Source of the DNA: Balanoglossus misakiensis
Lineage: Eukaryota > Animalia > Hemichordata
Direction: 5' to 3'
DNA length: 64,000 bases
NCBI GenBank assembly: GCA_040954595.2
Contig: JBECUI020000041.1
Location: forward strand, 1-64,000
A program made the translations under genes and the position numbers. The notes beneath the pieces are model-generated. The model searched no databases, was not told the DNA's origin, and saw nothing but the letters and a program-made list of their open reading frames with translations. This document shows positions 62,420 through 64,000 of the stretch, one piece after another (positions within the stretch are counted from its first letter, which is position 1; each line of letters starts with the position of its first letter).

Positions 62420-62998
62420 TAGAAGGTATAGTAGACTGGGAGATTTCCCCTGAGGTAGCCCAGCTGACCCTGGAAGACTTCATAGAAGACGGCGAATATC
62501 CGGGAGACTCCACCCTCTGGGAAATCCCTATTGCCGTATACTCCGATGAGGGGGAGATTCATTATTACGAGTTCCGCGTCCTCGACAATCTGGGTGTCAC
62601 GATAGCGGCTATCACCGCCAAGGCCCGTGAAGATAAGGCCCCCCCCCTCGCCTACGCCTTTAAGATGGATGGCTACAGCGATGAACTGGATGAACTTTAC
62701 GCTCAGGGGGCTCTGGAGGACGGCGGTCTGCCCAGAATCGTGGACAGGTAGTACCCCGGGTACGCCGTGGCGGAAACCGTGATCAACAGGGATGCTTCCG
62801 TCCAGATGGAAACCCTGCTGGATCCTGAAGACGGACAGGTCCTGAGCCGGAAGACCTGGGCAAGCTGTACGACTTTTACGAAACGCTGGAGATGTATCCC
62901 GACCTGATAACCGGGGGGAGGACCTGGTCATCGCCCCAAGGTGCTGGAGGATGCAGAAAAGGAACTCAAGCTGATGTGGGACACGCTTAAGGGGAATA
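62420..62998 (+). pseudogene. Fragment of an acidic hypothetical protein
   Basis: Plus frame reads GDSTLWEIPIAVYSDEGEIHYYEFRV...LPRIVDR*YPGYAV with an internal stop and no start. Confidence 0.4.
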
Positions 62999-63628
62999 AA
63001 TGCCGATAGTCTGGTTGTTTTTCTCCATGGCTACGGAGCCGACGGGCAGGATCTCATCGGACTGGCCGACTTCTTCGCCCCCTCTCTTCCCCGCACCCTA
63101 TTTCTTGCCCCCAAAGCCCCGCAGCCCTGCCGCATCAACCCCGCCGGCCGCCAATGGTTTCCCATCCCCTGGCTGGACGGAAGCCTGGAAACCGAAGCCC
63201 AGCAGGGTATGGCTCAAAGCTTTGCCCTTCTGAAAACCTGGTTAAGCACCACCATTCAAAAGGAAAGCATAGCCCCGTCGCGTACCTGTCTTGTCGGTTT
63301 TTCTCAAGGCACCATGATGGCCCTGCACATAGGTCCCCGGCAAAAACAAGCCTTAGCAGGTATTGTCGGATTTTCGGGACGCCTGCTGGCCCCCCCCCCC
63401 CCCCCGCTCTCAAAAAGGAAAAAATAACAACCCCGCCTGTTTTGCTGATTCATGGAGATCAGGACGAGGTTGTTCCCCCCCGCCTCCCTGGCTGAAGCGG
63501 CAGAAGGACTCGCCGCCGCCGGTATAGAGGTACCTACCCACCTGTCCCGGGGCCTGGGCCACGGAATTGCTCCTGAAGGACAGGAACTAGCCCTTGAGTT
63601 CATCCAAACCCAACTAAAAAAAGGATGA
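62999..63628 (+). pseudogene. Phospholipase/carboxylesterase (YpfH-like alpha/beta hydrolase), no clear start, frameshifted around a C16 tract
   Basis: LHGYGADG.DL, RQWF, GFSQG, HGDQDEVVP, GHGI. Confidence 0.75.
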
Positions 63629-63761
63629 TCTTTCCCCTACAAGGACAGAAACAAAACCTTCTATTCTCATTCCTGTTTCATTGATTTTTTCCAGGAAGAG
63701 CAAACAAGTAAGAAGATTCTTCTTAACCATTCGGGGAAAACACAGGTTTTTCCCCTCTTCT

Positions 63762-64000
63762 TTAAGAAGAAGACCGGTACCAGTCCACCTTCCTTGTTAA
63801 AACCATCACAGCGGCCATCAGGAGGAAGAAACCAACCGATCCCCAAAGCAAAGCGTAATCCTCTGACTGCAGCGTTACCCAAAGCCACATCCAGGAAGTA
63901 CCCAGAACCACGGGGATGGCCCACCGCGAACCTCCCTTGCCGAAGAATCTCCACCCATAAAAGGAAATAAGCAAGGTGGTACTGCCGGCAGAAATGATAT
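63762..64000 (-). CDS. creD: Inner membrane protein CreD, 3' end
   Basis: LQSEDYALLWGS...L...M.LTRKVDWY C-terminal signature. Confidence 0.75.
   Translation of the reverse strand, partial: IISAGSTTLLISFYGWRFFGKGGSRWAIPVVLGTSWMWLWVTLQSEDYALLWGSVGFFLLMAAVMVLTRKVDWYRSSS

Noticed and set aside
62395-62931. 178-aa minus-strand ORF
   Set aside because: The plus-strand frame looks more protein-like, so this ORF is probably its shadow.

Overview
Bacterial chromosomal window, probably from a spirochaete (inferred from the TpLRR/BspA lipoprotein and the housekeeping genes). Frameshifts are frequent, so it is either an error-prone long-read assembly or a decaying genome. Layout: 1-2278 is a 253-bp tandem array of IS256 transposase fragments, each unit carrying one perfect 28-bp GTAG palindrome, closed by an IS256 end. 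2.5-20.9 kb is housekeeping DNA (ilvD, PHP histidinol phosphatase, penicillin acylase family, ND-aspS-gatBAC, nfeD-floA, biotin ECF transporter) followed by tRNA-Asn. From about 21.1 to 56.2 kb lies a mostly GC-rich mosaic island. It holds an ABM-PadR-ABC-SDR operon, then two direct-repeat defective IS256 copies flanking a 13.6-kb tightly coupled defence operon (HTH, RadC, SNF2 helicase, DUF1156 MTase, DUF499 ATPase, McrB, McrC), many small detoxification genes, a phage tail-tube relic and a second 128/150-bp array carrying the same palindrome. The end of the window is a surface-lipoprotein locus (LRR adhesin plus one full and two partial paralogs), an esterase with a poly-C tract and the 3' end of creD. 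The best candidates for novelty are (i) palindrome-linked tandem amplification of IS256 fragments and (ii) a DUF499/DUF1156 restriction-like system whose helicase nuclease motif appears dead and which shares an operon with McrBC.
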